NCBI GenBank assembly: GCA_002269645.1
Contig: NIVC01003264.1
Coordinates: 17,823 to 81,822 of the forward strand
Length of the DNA: 64,000 bases
Reading direction: 5' to 3'
Source of the DNA: Macrostomum lignano
Lineage: Eukaryota
Below, one piece after another: positions 26,001 to 40,502 of this stretch; within the stretch, counting starts at the first letter, position 1; each line of letters begins with the position of its first letter. The position numbers were made by a program, and so were the translations under genes. The notes beneath the pieces are model-generated. The model did not search any database and had not been told where the DNA came from. It saw nothing but the letters and a program-made list of their open reading frames with translations.

Positions 26001-28720
26001 GGAGATGTGAGGATATGCCAAGTAGGAAAACTGCCAACGATGACAAGTACTGGTACTGGGGTATCTATTTCATAGTTTACCCAGTATAGTGAAAAAAACC
26101 CAAGGCACACGCTCTAAGTACTTACACTAATACGACAAGCATATTCTAGCCAAAGGACACGAACGCAAAGTTGCACGGTCTGAATTTCACCTTGAGCTCT
26201 TCTCTTTGGAATGCAATAAATCAAACTGACTAACTTTACAATGCACTCACGATAAATAATACAATTGCAGACTAGCTTTCAGCCAGCATCACCGTAAGTA
26301 ATGAGAACTATTTCTCATACGAGGAACAAGATGCAGTGTCAGTAATGTTAGAAATAGCTTTGCCTCAAGCGTGTCAGTAAATAGAAAGGAATGAAGAGTC
26401 AAGAGTAGGTGGATTGAGTCTTCTCTAGGCTGGAGGGCTTCTAAAATATTGATACCAAACTGGCCAGTTGGCGAGACGCTGAGAGGGGTTGACTTGACCA
26501 GATTTGGTAGCATCGCATTACATCCAACCCGTCCTGTCCAATCCATTCTAACAGTAGCTAGAGAAGCATGAAGTCGGGGTTAGTCTGTGTTGCTCAAGCA
26601 TAAGAAAAAAGCCTCAGCTGCAACGGTCTCTTAAGCCTGAGCGCTTCCATTCACTTTAATTAATTGCCTTTCTTTTGTCAAGAAGACAGAACAGAAATAA
26701 GCTGCTCAAGTAGAAGATAATAATTCTCAAATGCAGCCCAGGAGGAAAGGGAAGATGTTGCTTTTTACAGGAATTCCTTTTGCTGAAAAAGAGGTCCAAA
26801 CCCGCTAATTTTCAAGATGCTTTCCTAAAGTGAAGTTTTTTTGTCGCGTAGCCAGTGCATAAGCCGCCTTGATTATACCACTGCTAAATTGACGCAATTA
26901 TTTACTGTTGTCTTAACCAAAACACGAGTAAAGATAAACGTTCAATAGAATAGAAACCAGTAGCAGAGCTACTCTATTGAGTCTTTTCCATGATTTTCTC
27001 CAGTGCGCTGCTACAAGAGTGCAAACAAGCTAAACGTTGCAAATTAAGGTCTGTGATTTTTCTATCTGAAACCCGTTTGCTTATCCAACATAGCCGCTAG
27101 TGCTGTAACGTCACATTTAGAACTGTTTATTAGTAGTTAGAAACTTGTCGAAAATTCAAATAAACAGACAATCACCAAAAGTATGACAAATGAACTCATA
27201 GAAAATTAATCTGTTTGAGAAATACCAACTTGACAAATTATCAGCACGCCTGAATTATATCCATAGTAAGTCAACAAAATGTGAACTATCTAGATAGAAA
27301 ATCTTGCGAATGTAACACAGAGCTGAGGTTGTCATAACACAGATGCTATGCTCAAGATAGCCTTTATAGGTGCTCTTCCAGCCCGTCTGGCACTTGGCGT
27401 ACGCGAGTAAAAAGGCTGAGCTATTGAATCACAACTTCAGGGCGGCAAATATGCGGCCCATACGAAAATAGGTGCCGAACTTTCCAGAATCTGTCATTGT
27501 GCCACGTGAGGAATGGCGTAGACTGGAAACGAGAGCGCACGAGTGGGTGCATGAGGGTAGAGAAAGGTGGGAGAGAGGCGAGATGGAGTGTCCCAGACTC
27601 CCAGAGGAACTGAGCACAGGACGGCGGAAAGCGCGGGATAGGGCAAGTCAGACTCAGGCAGCAACAGAGGATCTAGGAAGGTGCAGTAAGCGGAAACTCC
27701 TTTTTTATTCAGGAAAAATCCCTGCGGCTTACAGTGAATCAGACTCTCTCAGCTGGCCTGGGGAGCATGAGATCGAGGACTTCGAAAGGGAACTGAAAAG
27801 GAAAGCAGGTTAGGCCAAGTCCTGCTGTAGGGAGGACGAGCAGAAGAAAGAGGCTGAAGAAAATCATTACTGTATCAGAGTGGAGCCTTCTGACCCCGAG
27901 CCGAAGCGCTTGAAGACTGGAAGAGGAACTTGACCTGCATTTCGGACACGGTAATTGGCGGTTCGCCCCGTGTTACAAAGCCTGAGCCTTAGCCCCTTTA
28001 TTATCTGCACGAATGGAATTAGACGAGGAGGCAAACGACCGACAGGTGTAGAAGCTACAGGCAACAACAAGCCCAGAGGTTCACCAGAGGCTGGGAAAAT
28101 TAGTAAACCAAAACAAAAAACTCGAGAAAGACGTCAGAAATGGCTGCTGAGGCTTTTTATAGGGACTTTGAAGCAGCAACATAGAGTCTGACAGCACACG
28201 CTTACGCACATAGATTTCCCAGTGCACTTTCTTTACAATGCTCCGTCCGCCAGAGGCGACGCAATAAGGAGGATTAAGAAAAAATGAGGAATTATTTATC
28301 GGACGAGTGAAAGAAAAAATCTTTTTCAGCTAACGGAAAGAAAATCCCAATTGTAAAGCGCAGCCAGTCTTTAGCAATCTGCCAGTAGTCCGGCATTCTC
28401 CCACACTATTCCTCAATTGTGCGCGAAAATCCCCGCCCATTCTGACAGGGGGAATTCCCCAATGCCTATACCGCTATAGTAGCTACGCTAAAAAGCGATT
28501 CAATTCCTTCATCAATTCTTCTAATACGCAGTCCAATACATCAGCTGTCGATGTCTAGACTAAGGGGAGATTAAGGCGGGGCCCAGACATCTAAAAGGAA
28601 GCGGAGGTATGGGACAGGGCTACAATAAGCTTCTGTGCTAAGGCATGAAAGAAAACGGGACATTGATTTGGGGAGAATAAGGCAGGTAAGTAAGGATAGG
28701 GATGGGCGAGGCAGAAGGGA

Positions 28721-30583
28721 CTAAAGCTGAGTCTCAAAGGCGGATGCCGAGGCGGCGACAGCGGAGCAATCGGCCGAGTCATCAGCGGTGGCAGCGGCAG
28801 AGGCATCTGGCGGCACCAGCAGCTTCAGGTGCAGTAGGTAGTCTCTGATAAGCCTGGCCGCGTGCAGAGCCCGCCGAGACTGCAGGGCCAGCTCGCCGGC
28901 GGGACGAAGCCGCAGCTTCAATAGACGCCGGCCCTCGGTGTTGAAGGCTAGAACACAGTCCAGGCGGTAGGACAGGCAGGGCGGACTGGCGGGGTCGGAG
29001 AGTGGCGCCAGCAGGTGAATGCCGGACTCGCCAACCGCCAGAGTGTGGCTCGAATCCGCTCCGACTGACAAGGCAACGCCGACTGCGCAGGAGCCCGAGG
29101 CGGCGAGGACGCGAACGTCAAACTGAGCGCAGCCAAACAGCGGCTGGCAGGATCGGGAGCAGGCTTCGATAAGCATCAAATCGAGATTAAAGCGCTGATC
29201 GGCTTCGCTGACGCTGCCAGTTCCGCTGTTCGAAGTCTCTGCTGCTGCTGCGGCGGCTGTAGCGGCGGCGGCAGCAACTCGCCGCGGCGCAACTTGATCG
29301 CGCCAGGCCAGAGGCAGGACGCGAAGAGCGGCCGAGGGAGAGGAAGCTTCGCGGGCGGCTCGAATGCCGCACAGTTCGGCGGCTAGCCGGGCGTCCAACG
29401 GCAGCCGTCCATCGTAGACATCGGCGAGGCACTGCTGGGCGAGCAGGGCAGCCTCGGCCCGGTCGCCGGCGCCAACCAGCGGCGGAACAAAAAGGCGCTT
29501 CCGGCAGACCAGGCGAACGGGACTTGAAGCGCTGGGTCCGGCCAGCTGGCAGAGCCGCTCCCAGCGAAACAGGACGTCCCCGATGCAGTCAGCTGGTCCG
29601 GTTGGCCGCTCGAGCCTGCCAAGCTGCTCGTAGAGTGCCCAGCCGACTGCGGAGGCGGCCAGAGGGATGCGGGCCAGCACGACCGTCAGAGCCTCTGAGC
29701 CGGTCAGGCGGGCATGGTAGTCAAGCCGGCGCTGGTCACCGTCAGGCAGCTGTACTGAGGCTGATGCGGCGGCGCGGCGGTACAGCGCTAGAAGCTCCGG
29801 CGCCGATGGCGGACACAATCGCGGAGGCCGGCCAGGTAGAAGGCAACGATTGAGACAGCGTAGGCAGAATTGTGCGCACCTGCCAGCCTCGGTGTGGCCT
29901 TCCAGAGCTGCCCGATCCAGGTGGCATCGCAGGTAGGCTAGCACAAGCGGTGCGGACGGCGCGGCAATGGCGCACAGGGCGCACAGCAGCCGGAAGGCGC
30001 GCTCGCAGGCGGCCGACTGCCAGTCGCAGGTGGTCTGGCGCACCAGCAGCAGGCAGAGCTCGCTGCAGAGAGGCCCGCCGCCAATGCAACGCAGCAGGAG
30101 AGCCTGGGCGGTGCGCACCGCGGTCGGCTCGGCCAGAGATTCGACGGCCTCGAGTAGGCGCAAGGCAGCGGGAAATTTCGCGGCGGCGGCCGCCTCCTGA
30201 GCGCCGGCGTGGATCAGAAGCGGCCGAGCGTCTGGTCGACCGGAGCGGCGTCTGGCCCAGTAGGCCGGCCGGTAGCTGGCCGGGTCGTGGCGCCGACCAC
30301 TGCTCCCGTTGCTGCCCGGACTGCCACCGTCGGCACCGCTGACGACGGCTGCAGGCGGCGTTGTCTGGCGTCGTTTCATCGAGCCGCCGCAGGGTCCTCG
30401 AGCCGGCGCTGGCGGTGCTAGCAACCCGGACGCGGCAAGGTCGCGCCTGCAGCGCTGCACATCCTCGGCTAGGCGCTGCCTGTCGGCATCGGTAGTGGCG
30501 ACACGTTGCAGCAGAAGCTGGCTGGCCTGCTGCAGCCGGCCGGTTGAATTGGCACAGTTGCCATGCGGATGCTGCTGCTGCAT
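28721..30583 (-). CDS. MyTH4-FERM protein (PLEKHH/MAX-1-like), single visible exon, no PH domains seen
   Basis: MyTH4 (ELCLLLVRQTT...RAFRLL...PS...YLRCHL...E.G..A.FC...R..PPS..E) followed by FERM (V.LPDG, GWALYE, CIGDVLFRWE, RLVCRKRLF). Start taken at the first ATG; upstream exons not excluded. Confidence 0.8.
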   Translation of the reverse strand: MQQQHPHGNCANSTGRLQQASQLLLQRVATTDADRQRLAEDVQRCRRDLAASGLLAPPAPARGPCGGSMKRRQTTPPAAVVSGADGGSPGSNGSSGRRHDPASYRPAYWARRRSGRPDARPLLIHAGAQEAAAAAKFPAALRLLEAVESLAEPTAVRTAQALLLRCIGGGPLCSELCLLLVRQTTCDWQSAACERAFRLLCALCAIAAPSAPLVLAYLRCHLDRAALEGHTEAGRCAQFCLRCLNRCLLPGRPPRLCPPSAPELLALYRRAAASASVQLPDGDQRRLDYHARLTGSEALTVVLARIPLAASAVGWALYEQLGRLERPTGPADCIGDVLFRWERLCQLAGPSASSPVRLVCRKRLFVPPLVGAGDRAEAALLAQQCLADVYDGRLPLDARLAAELCGIRAAREASSPSAALRVLPLAWRDQVAPRRVAAAAATAAAAAAETSNSGTGSVSEADQRFNLDLMLIEACSRSCQPLFGCAQFDVRVLAASGSCAVGVALSVGADSSHTLAVGESGIHLLAPLSDPASPPCLSYRLDCVLAFNTEGRRLLKLRLRPAGELALQSRRALHAARLIRDYLLHLKLLVPPDASAAATADDSADCSAVAASASAFETQL

Positions 30584-31399
30584 CTGGCGCTGCCCGCCGG
30601 GCCTGGCTAAGAGGCCCGAGGCCGGATCAGTTAACAACCGCTCGCTGACCCGTTAGAGCTGTTAATAATATAAATGGCGGACCCCGAGGCCAGCCTGGCG
30701 CAGCTTCAATACAGCAAATTAAGTGGAGCAGCGACAGACAGAGCTAGCAGAGTGCCAATGCGTTGAGACCGGCAGGCCGGAGAGGACATAAATTGGATGG
30801 TCAAGAGAGGGGGGGGGGTAGAGAGTTCGAGGCTGGGGAAGGATTGGCCGAGAGCCAATAAGAGTCGCATCATAGGTGAGAATAGACAGGTCCCAAAAGT
30901 GACTACTAGTAATACTATATGCCGTGTAAAGGCAACGCTTGCACTCATTTTTTTAATTACTCCCGCTCTAAACTGCTGTACAGTTTGATGCGCAGCGAAT
31001 CATTGCGAGCCAGGTGAGAAAGATGGAAAGTAAAAAAATCTCATACAGCCAAATGTTACACACGCGAGCTGCTGGAATGGGGAGGGCGAGTGTTTGCTCT
31101 CTCTCTCTCTCTCTCGCCTGTCCTTCTGGCACTCAGCTTTCCTATCTGTGCAAAGAGCAATTAATTATTAGGACACCTGGAGAGCACTTGCCAAGTGATA
31201 GACAGCCAGAGAGCAATTCAATTCGATGCCTCTAGCTGAGCGAGAAATGATAAAATAACCGAATGGCTCTGAGTGACAACTGCAGAAATCTAAATCGAAC
31301 AGAAAAAAAAGATTTATATCAGTGAAAAGGGCTCCTTAAATGTGATGCTACTTTAACTTTTCTCCTAATGATTTGATCATATTTATATAAAATTTATTT

Positions 31400-31530
31400 A
31401 TATGAGGGCTGTCCAAAAAGTAGTGTTACTTTTCACTATATCTCTTATTCTGCTAATCCAAATAACATCATTTTGCACAGATTTATAGTGGCAACTCTCT
31501 TCTTCATATTAACTTTAACATGAAAACAAT
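31400..31530. mobile_element. Isolated mariner-like terminal fragment
   Basis: TA-TGAGGGCTGTCCAAAAAGT resembles mariner TIR starts; no partner TIR found. Confidence 0.4.
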
Positions 31531-31557
31531 GGAAACAAAAGTTATAAACTAAAATAT

Positions 31558-32140
31558 AGCAGGACCAAGAGGTTCGTGCCCTGACTAAAATCCTCAGATC
31601 TGATGGTTACCTTCTCAGTTTTGTCAGCCAGATTATCAATGCGTCTGTCACCAAGAAAGTTTCCAGCAATATGAGATCCAGGCAACCAGAGATAGATTCT
31701 TGGGACACTCTGTTGGTTCTCCGATTTTTTGGTAAACATTTCACTTGACTTCAGGAAAAAACTTGAGAAAATGTTTAGCAAATGGCTTAAGTGCACTGTT
31801 AGGATTGTTTTTCACATTGAAAATATTGGTCGCTATGCTAGCAGGCTCAAGTCAGCTGTTCCACTTGCTCTAAGGGGGATTGATAAACTGTTGTTTATCA
31901 ATTTTGCTGCTCTGAGGATCATTGCATTTCGTACATTGGAAAAACAAAGCAACACCTGCACACTAGAGCTAGGGAACATTGGCTAAAAAGCTATGCAATT
32001 AATGACCATCTGCTTGTTTATAAAAAATGTTGTGACAATGAACTGATTCAGCTCTTTAAGTGCTTGATGGGTGCAAATTTGACCATAAGCTTAAGATTAT
32101 TGAAGCTTTGTATATCAGAATGCACAAACCCAGCTTAAAT
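31558..32140 (+). pseudogene. Penelope-like retroelement (PLE) 3' remnant: thumb/linker plus GIY-YIG endonuclease, frameshifted
   Basis: Across frames: EVRALTKILRSDGYLLSFVSQII; FRKKLEKMF...VRIVF...IGRYASRLKSAVPLALR; VVYQFCCSEDHCISYIGKTKQHLHTRAREH...AINDH (from 31890); KLKIIEALYIRMHKPSLN (ends 32140). Confidence 0.85.
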
Positions 32141-32334
32141 GTGCAGCTTGCTGGCAATGGGGTGGAGCGTGAACTTAGAGTACTGTGAGCACAGCCATGC
32201 CTATTTTTCTCTTTCTCCCTTCATTGTGTACTTGGCACTTTTGAAATTCTATTGGACTGTTTTGACCCACCTTTGGACTGTACAGTTTGTTTTGCTTAAA
32301 TATATTAGTGTTGTGAATTATAGGTTAATTGAAT

Positions 32335-32376
32335 TTGCCCTGATGATGTCTTGTGTTTGACAAAATGCATTGGCTA
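32335..32376 (+). ncRNA. Minimal type-I hammerhead ribozyme of the PLE 3' end, probably inactivated
   Basis: TTGCC-CTGATGA-T-GTC(ttgtgttt)GAC-AAAA-TGCA-TT-GGCTA: stem I, CUGAUGA core, 3-bp stem II, GAAA box with G12 changed to A, palindromic ATGCAT stem III. Lies about 200 bp after the PLE endonuclease end. Confidence 0.7.
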
Positions 32377-35300
32377 GAAAGAAAATTTTATTTTTATTTT
32401 GTTTTTGTTGACTTTTATTTTCCTACTATTTGTTAGATGAGCTACACTTCCACAGTTCCACCAGTGAACGAGCCAAGCCTGGCACCATGGAAGGTGGCAT
32501 TGGGCGAGAGCAAGAGAACCCGAGGCCCTACCAAGGTTGAGTAAATAAGTTAGATTGCAATGCATTTTTAAATTTCACATTTTTCACCAAAAAAGTGCTC
32601 TTGTTTTGCAACCATTGTGTTGGGTAAGATATTGATTGATAGAAAACTTTCAGATCTTTGTTTTTTTAGCTTACAGAAAATTATTGGCTAAAACTTTACA
32701 ATAAAGTATTATTTTGAATTTTAAAATGTGCATTATGTCTGACACTTTGTATACATTTTTCATTAATGTATATTAGAACTTATATTTTATTAGATACTTA
32801 TAATATATACTTTCCTAAGTATGATATTTCACTAGTGACACAAAACAAAGTTTTTGCATATAAGATTCAATTGGCTTCCAAAAAGCTCCTTTATTGTCAA
32901 AATTGCAAAAAAGGTTCTTTTATTGTTAAAATTGCAAAAAGGTCCTTTAGTATCACAAAGTAGAAAAACTTGCATATTTAATAATAAGAAACTTGTTATT
33001 ATTAATTTTAAAGAAGTTCTATTCCAAAATTGCCCTGCAAAGATTCTATCCTACTTCTTATTAAATTAAAAGCATTAATAAATTTTGTACAAAGAATAAA
33101 AAACACTATTCTCTATAGGCCCTAGTTGCTTATTGGATATCAATGTTATATTTTATTTTATCAAATAAGATAATAAAGTGACCATGATAGGCAATAAAAG
33201 CAAAGTAACCTTAGGCCTTATAAAGATAGGCCTAAGTTATAGCAATATGACAGTGACAACATATTTTAATAATACCTAGATATATATTGTGTAATAGGCC
33301 TCATTTTTATGCCATTAGTTTCTAGGAATTGTGTATTTTGAAAGTACTACTATTGTTATACTGTACAAATATTATAAATATTTTCCATAAGCGAAATATT
33401 CTATATATTTTGAATATTATCATTTGTTATAAACTGTTGCAAAACTTTATTATGAAAAAGAGCCTACTGGAAGCCAAGAAAAATAAATTGTTTTCATTTC
33501 TATTTCAGTTTACCTTGTCTGTCTTCTTGCTTCAAGCTTGAAATCGTTCTAGTATTTTGAAATTGAAGTCTTGTTCAATACTTATTGACTTAGTTATTTA
33601 GGTAAAAGCATTAAGAAGCCCCAAAAAGGGCCAAAATTGGGAGAGTTCAAACTGTTCTCAGAAGAATGAGAAATCCAGATCTAAAATCTGAGAAATTGCC
33701 CTTAGAAGGCAGGAATCCTACCACAGGGTAGGCCTAGAGAAGTCCAGACTCAGAGTCTGAGAAACCTGCCTCAGGGCAGAATACCCAGCAAATAAGCTGT
33801 GACCCTCTGATCCTAGGAACGCCCAGGACTGAGAGAATAATATCTTTAGAAGGGTATAAGAATAGGATAGACAGTGCTTAAAGACTGCTCAGGCCAGAAA
33901 GTACAATAGAAGTACATATGCTACCAATAGAAGTACATATACTACCAATAGAAGTATATGCGCTACCAGTAGAAAGCCAAGAAAGGCAATTAATAACCAG
34001 TAGATCATTAAGAAATAACCACTGTTACAACTTTGGTGACAGGATATTCAGTAATAGGAAATAGAAAAGTACCCATGTAACAATTACATGCCATAACTCC
34101 TTTCAGTTAGTGTATAACAATAGGCCTACTGAACAAAATGAAAAAAAATGATTTTTACAAAATGACCAAAACCAAATTAGGGTCATTCATAAATACCTTA
34201 CCCTAGTTGATGAAATAATATGACAAAATTACTAGGCCTAGAAACCTTATCTATAATGTATTTTTAATAAAACCTACTTCCTGAAGACTTCCAAAAAATA
34301 TAGGCCTAGTTTCTGCTCCTAATTGAGTAGGCCTAGGCTTAGTCTAAATAAGAGTCTTGGAGACTGACTGAAATAGTAGTTTGATAAGCCTATTATTATA
34401 GGCAACGATACAATTCTGCTGTATAGCTACTAGGCCGTATCTGGGACATGTATTATTAATCATACATCTTTCTCTACAGTTTATAATAACATAGACCTAG
34501 TCTATAGGAATTACTCTGGGATTATAGGGACAAATTTATTTATAGGAAAAATAATTTAACGCGGGAAACTGCATTTATGCCAGTCAAAATATATATATCG
34601 GCTACTAGGGACTTTTCTGTATATAGCCATAACATATAAATATTAAGGTGTTTGTTTTGGTCGGGTCCCTGCCTCTAACTACTTCACGAAATTCAAAATC
34701 ATTTGACGCGTGAAGCATGGGCCGCGATACTATTTGAAAATTTAGTGCACATAAACAAAGCCGTCTGTAAAACGCTCAAATTCCTACGAGTTGCATTTAG
34801 GTCTATAAAGATCAATTAAAACAGAGGTTTTGAAAACAGCGAAAAACATAATGAAACTCTTGCAACGAAGAAAGTTAATTGGTTGCTGAAACCGATTTTT
34901 GACCGACTGTAATTGATTTTTGCCTACCAAGCGCAATCATCGGATTCTTATGCTTAATTGAAAGCATTTCTACATGTCATTCTTGATGAAGGGTAAAGCT
35001 ATGACGAAAGATTGGTTGAGTCACACTAAAAGTGGAGCTGGTTAAAGTCAAACAAACGCGCAGGCAGACCGCGAGACGGCGTGGTTATTTTCTGGCTTGT
35101 TTGCCTTAATCAGCAATTAGCTATAGCCGCTTGCCGTCGTCCTCTCCAATCACTCTTACTCTAAGTTTGCAGATGACTTTTGCTTTCATTTTATTTTGAT
35201 GACATTTTTCGGGCTATGTGAGAGATTTTACGAATAAAATCTTTGTAATTTATTTGTCTGTTTCAGTACGAATATTTTAAATCTCAATTGAACGAGCTAC

Positions 35301-35766
35301 AATAATGGTGAACATGTAATGGTATTAAATAAATGAGGCGTAAAGGCGGTGGTTCATTAATATATATTTGAGAACAAGATAGTTCGCAAGAGGGCAGAAT
35401 AAAGGTAGCCGTTTGATTGTGCATGGGTGCTTTATACTTATAGGCCACTGCATGGTCAGATCGTCATATATTCCACTTCGTCAGATCGGATGATGCAGTG
35501 AAAGGAGCTGGTGGACTTAATTCATTTACTATTTACGAAGGTTATGGTTTTCTAAGTAAATGGAAAATTCATTATCATTCATCACAAAATGGAAAAGGAT
35601 TCTGAAGCAGCGACAGTAGAAAGCGCTCAGCCGCTATCCAGAAAGATTCCGCACAACAACTAGTTAATAAGAGAAGACGTCTAGCAGGAAAGGGTACAAG
35701 CAAAGGGGAGAAAAAAGCAGCGTCGCAGAAGCAGCGCTATTTGAACTTTTTGACTAGTACGCTGCG

Positions 35767-36976
35767 ATGAACTTGCTGCTTGGACCAGAAGCGCTTGCGT
35801 TGAAGAGTGAATTGTCTATATTTGATCCACCCCATGTACAGTCAAGTGTTGTTCAGAGTTAATTTATGCATTATCAACCTCAGCACGGCTTGGCACGAGG
35901 GACTCTCAAATTGAATTTGAACTGCCTCTTCCTGGTCATTTTTACATCAACGCTAAACTGAAAGTTTTGACTGTTGCATTCCGTGTTCGAGATTCAGACA
36001 ATACAGCCATTGACGAGGCCAAAAACTACGTGTCCCTGAGTAATCTTCCTTTGGCGGCTCTTTTTCAAGATGTGCAGCTAAGCATTGGCGACACAGCTCG
36101 TCGATGGCGGGAATTTTCTCTATCCTTACAAATTAGCCTATCCTTACAAATGTCTCTAAGCCTGTTGGAATATGATAAAATTGCTCAAAAGGGACCGATG
36201 AAAGCATGGGGATTCCGAAAAGACACTACAGGAGCAATGGCCGGATGTTGTGGGCGACTTTAATGTCGGCTGCATGCAAAGGCGTGCGCTGATAGCAGAC
36301 GATAGACTCTGTGTCATTTCGGGCCCGCTGTTTCTCGACATTTTTGGTCAGCCCGGCTATCTAATCTCAAAGCTTGGCTTGCGCATCAAGCTGATCCCCG
36401 CAGACGCCAAGTTTGTGCTTCTCGCAGCAAGCATTGGCACGAACTTTCTGAAGGCCTACAATATCGGCATTGTTCGTGCAGAGCTTCGTATGCGCTATAT
36501 TCAACCATCGCCCAGTGTCATTGCAGCACACACGGATGAACTGAAACGACAGAACGCTGTGTACCCGATGAAATCACTGCAGATGGGCATATTCACAGTG
36601 CCGCAGGGAACATCAAGCTACACCAGGGAAAATCTGTTTCAAGGATATGTTCCGAAGCTACTCATAGTAGCGTTTGTGCCAAATCGCGCTTTTAACGCGA
36701 GTCTAGATAGCAATCCCTTCAATTTCGTGCATGCACACGTCTCTTTTTTGGTGTGTATGTGAATGGGGAGCCCTGCCCCGAACGGCCTCTTCAACCAAAT
36801 GTTACAGCAAGATGGATGCGCAATGGAGTACACTTGGCTACGGCAGCAACTGGGTCTGTACTTGCGAAACCGAGATATCGGTTTTGACATGGACGATTAC
36901 TTGACTGGATACTGGTCTTTACGCAGAAAATTTGAGTCCAGAACTCGAAGCTGGTGGTGATGCCCAGCCTATGTAG
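35767..36976 (+). pseudogene. Degenerate Maverick/adintovirus double-jelly-roll major capsid protein
   Basis: M...LKSELSIFDPPHVQSSV*; SQIEFELP...Y; SNLPLAALFQDVQLSI; GPLFLDIFGQ..YL...L.LRIKL; AVYPM...FTVPQG...ENLFQGYVPKLLIVAFVPNRAFNA..DSNPFNF; VNGEPCPERPLQP. Stops, frameshifts, C-terminus missing. Confidence 0.88.
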
Positions 36977-37175
36977 GGACATGGACAACAAGAGTAGACT
37001 ACTCTAGCTGTCCATGAGTAGGGAATGTACGACTGGAGATGAAATTCAGTACCCAGACAGCGGCAGTGTATAACGTAATAATTGGAAGCGTCTTTTACAG
37101 GAAACTGCCATTGACAGAATTTCGAGACGTTGTACCAAGTACATTATGGAATGTAAATGTTCCCATCATATCCCG

Positions 37176-37310
37176 GCCCTCCATTCTCTTACACTATCAT
37201 ACCCTCCATTCTCTCACACTATCATACCCTCCATTCTCTCACACTATCATACCCTCCATTCTCTCACACTATCATACCCTCCATTCTCTCACACTATCAT
37301 ACCCTCCCTT
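37176..37310. repeat. 25-bp minisatellite (ACCCTCCATTCTCTCACACTATCAT)
   Basis: About 5 copies. Confidence 0.9.
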
Positions 37311-38272
37311 CTCTCACATTTATAAACTCACATTCATATCTCACCCCCTCTCACCCCCCTATCTTATATCCTACTTATCCTAATTTTTGTCGATTCAATT
37401 TTTTCTTTCACTCGCTTTAACATGATGCAATTACATTCTTTCCACTTTGGAAGACAGTTGACTTTTCGAACTCAATCAATGTTCGCCGCACACAATAGTA
37501 AATGTATATTAATCAAACATTGACTGTCCTTGGGAAATCTGCAACAACGACGAAGTTATTATCAACGGGGGGGGCTGTGTGGTAGTCGAGTTAGTGTAAA
37601 CTATTTTTTTGTTTTTATTACGAGTAACTAGCTACGGCAAGTAGAACCGATAGATCGAAGGTTTTATCAATCGGGACGACAAAACGACTGGAATTCATGT
37701 AGGATTCCAGGTAAATTATTTTACAAAGCTATTTCGTTCCTAGTCACTTCGTCATCTGATATGACGAAATGAAATATGACGATCTGACCATGCCAGTGAC
37801 CCATGAATTCACTTGGAATTGATACGATTGGTGGATGACGAAATGACTCTCTTCGGGTAGTGGATGCTAATTAAGATGACTAAGTGACCCTAATCGAGTT
37901 GGGTTGATGACACCCCAGATGACGAAATGACTAGGAACCATTTATAGCTTTTTCATGGAACATTCCGGAAGAATGTTTTAGAAAGGGTTCGCGCGGGAAT
38001 TCAAATTACTATGTATGTATTTGGAATATATTTATCGCGGAAATTTCAAGAATGAGATATTTACTGCATGGTTGACAAGTTCGCGAATGTTTAGTACAAA
38101 GTCACTACAAACATTTTAATATAAATTTTCATCCCTGGCACGTACGAATGACCTACTGTACTTTTGTATAGCATATGCAGCTATAGCTATAATATGGCGT
38201 TGTAGTTATATTATACATTTAGCCATGCATACGGTACAGTTTACACATAGACAACTTAAAGCAGTTAATTAA

Positions 38273-40502
<2,230 letters not shown>

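Larger units (their letters stand above)
35442..37802. mobile_element. About 65-bp imperfect inverted-repeat pair (35442-35505 / 37738-37802) enclosing the capsid fossil
   Basis: aggccactg-catggtcagatcgtcatatattccacttcgtcagatcggatgatgcagtga versus the reverse complement gggtcactggcatggtcagatcgtcatat-ttc-atttcgtcatatcagatgacgaagtga. No clear TSD. Confidence 0.55.

Noticed and set aside
25780-28200. Coding-like decayed segment, including the 113-aa ORF at 27472 (SVIVPREEW)
   Set aside because: Faint resemblance to Maverick or TE ORF starts, but no diagnostic motif; needs tblastx.
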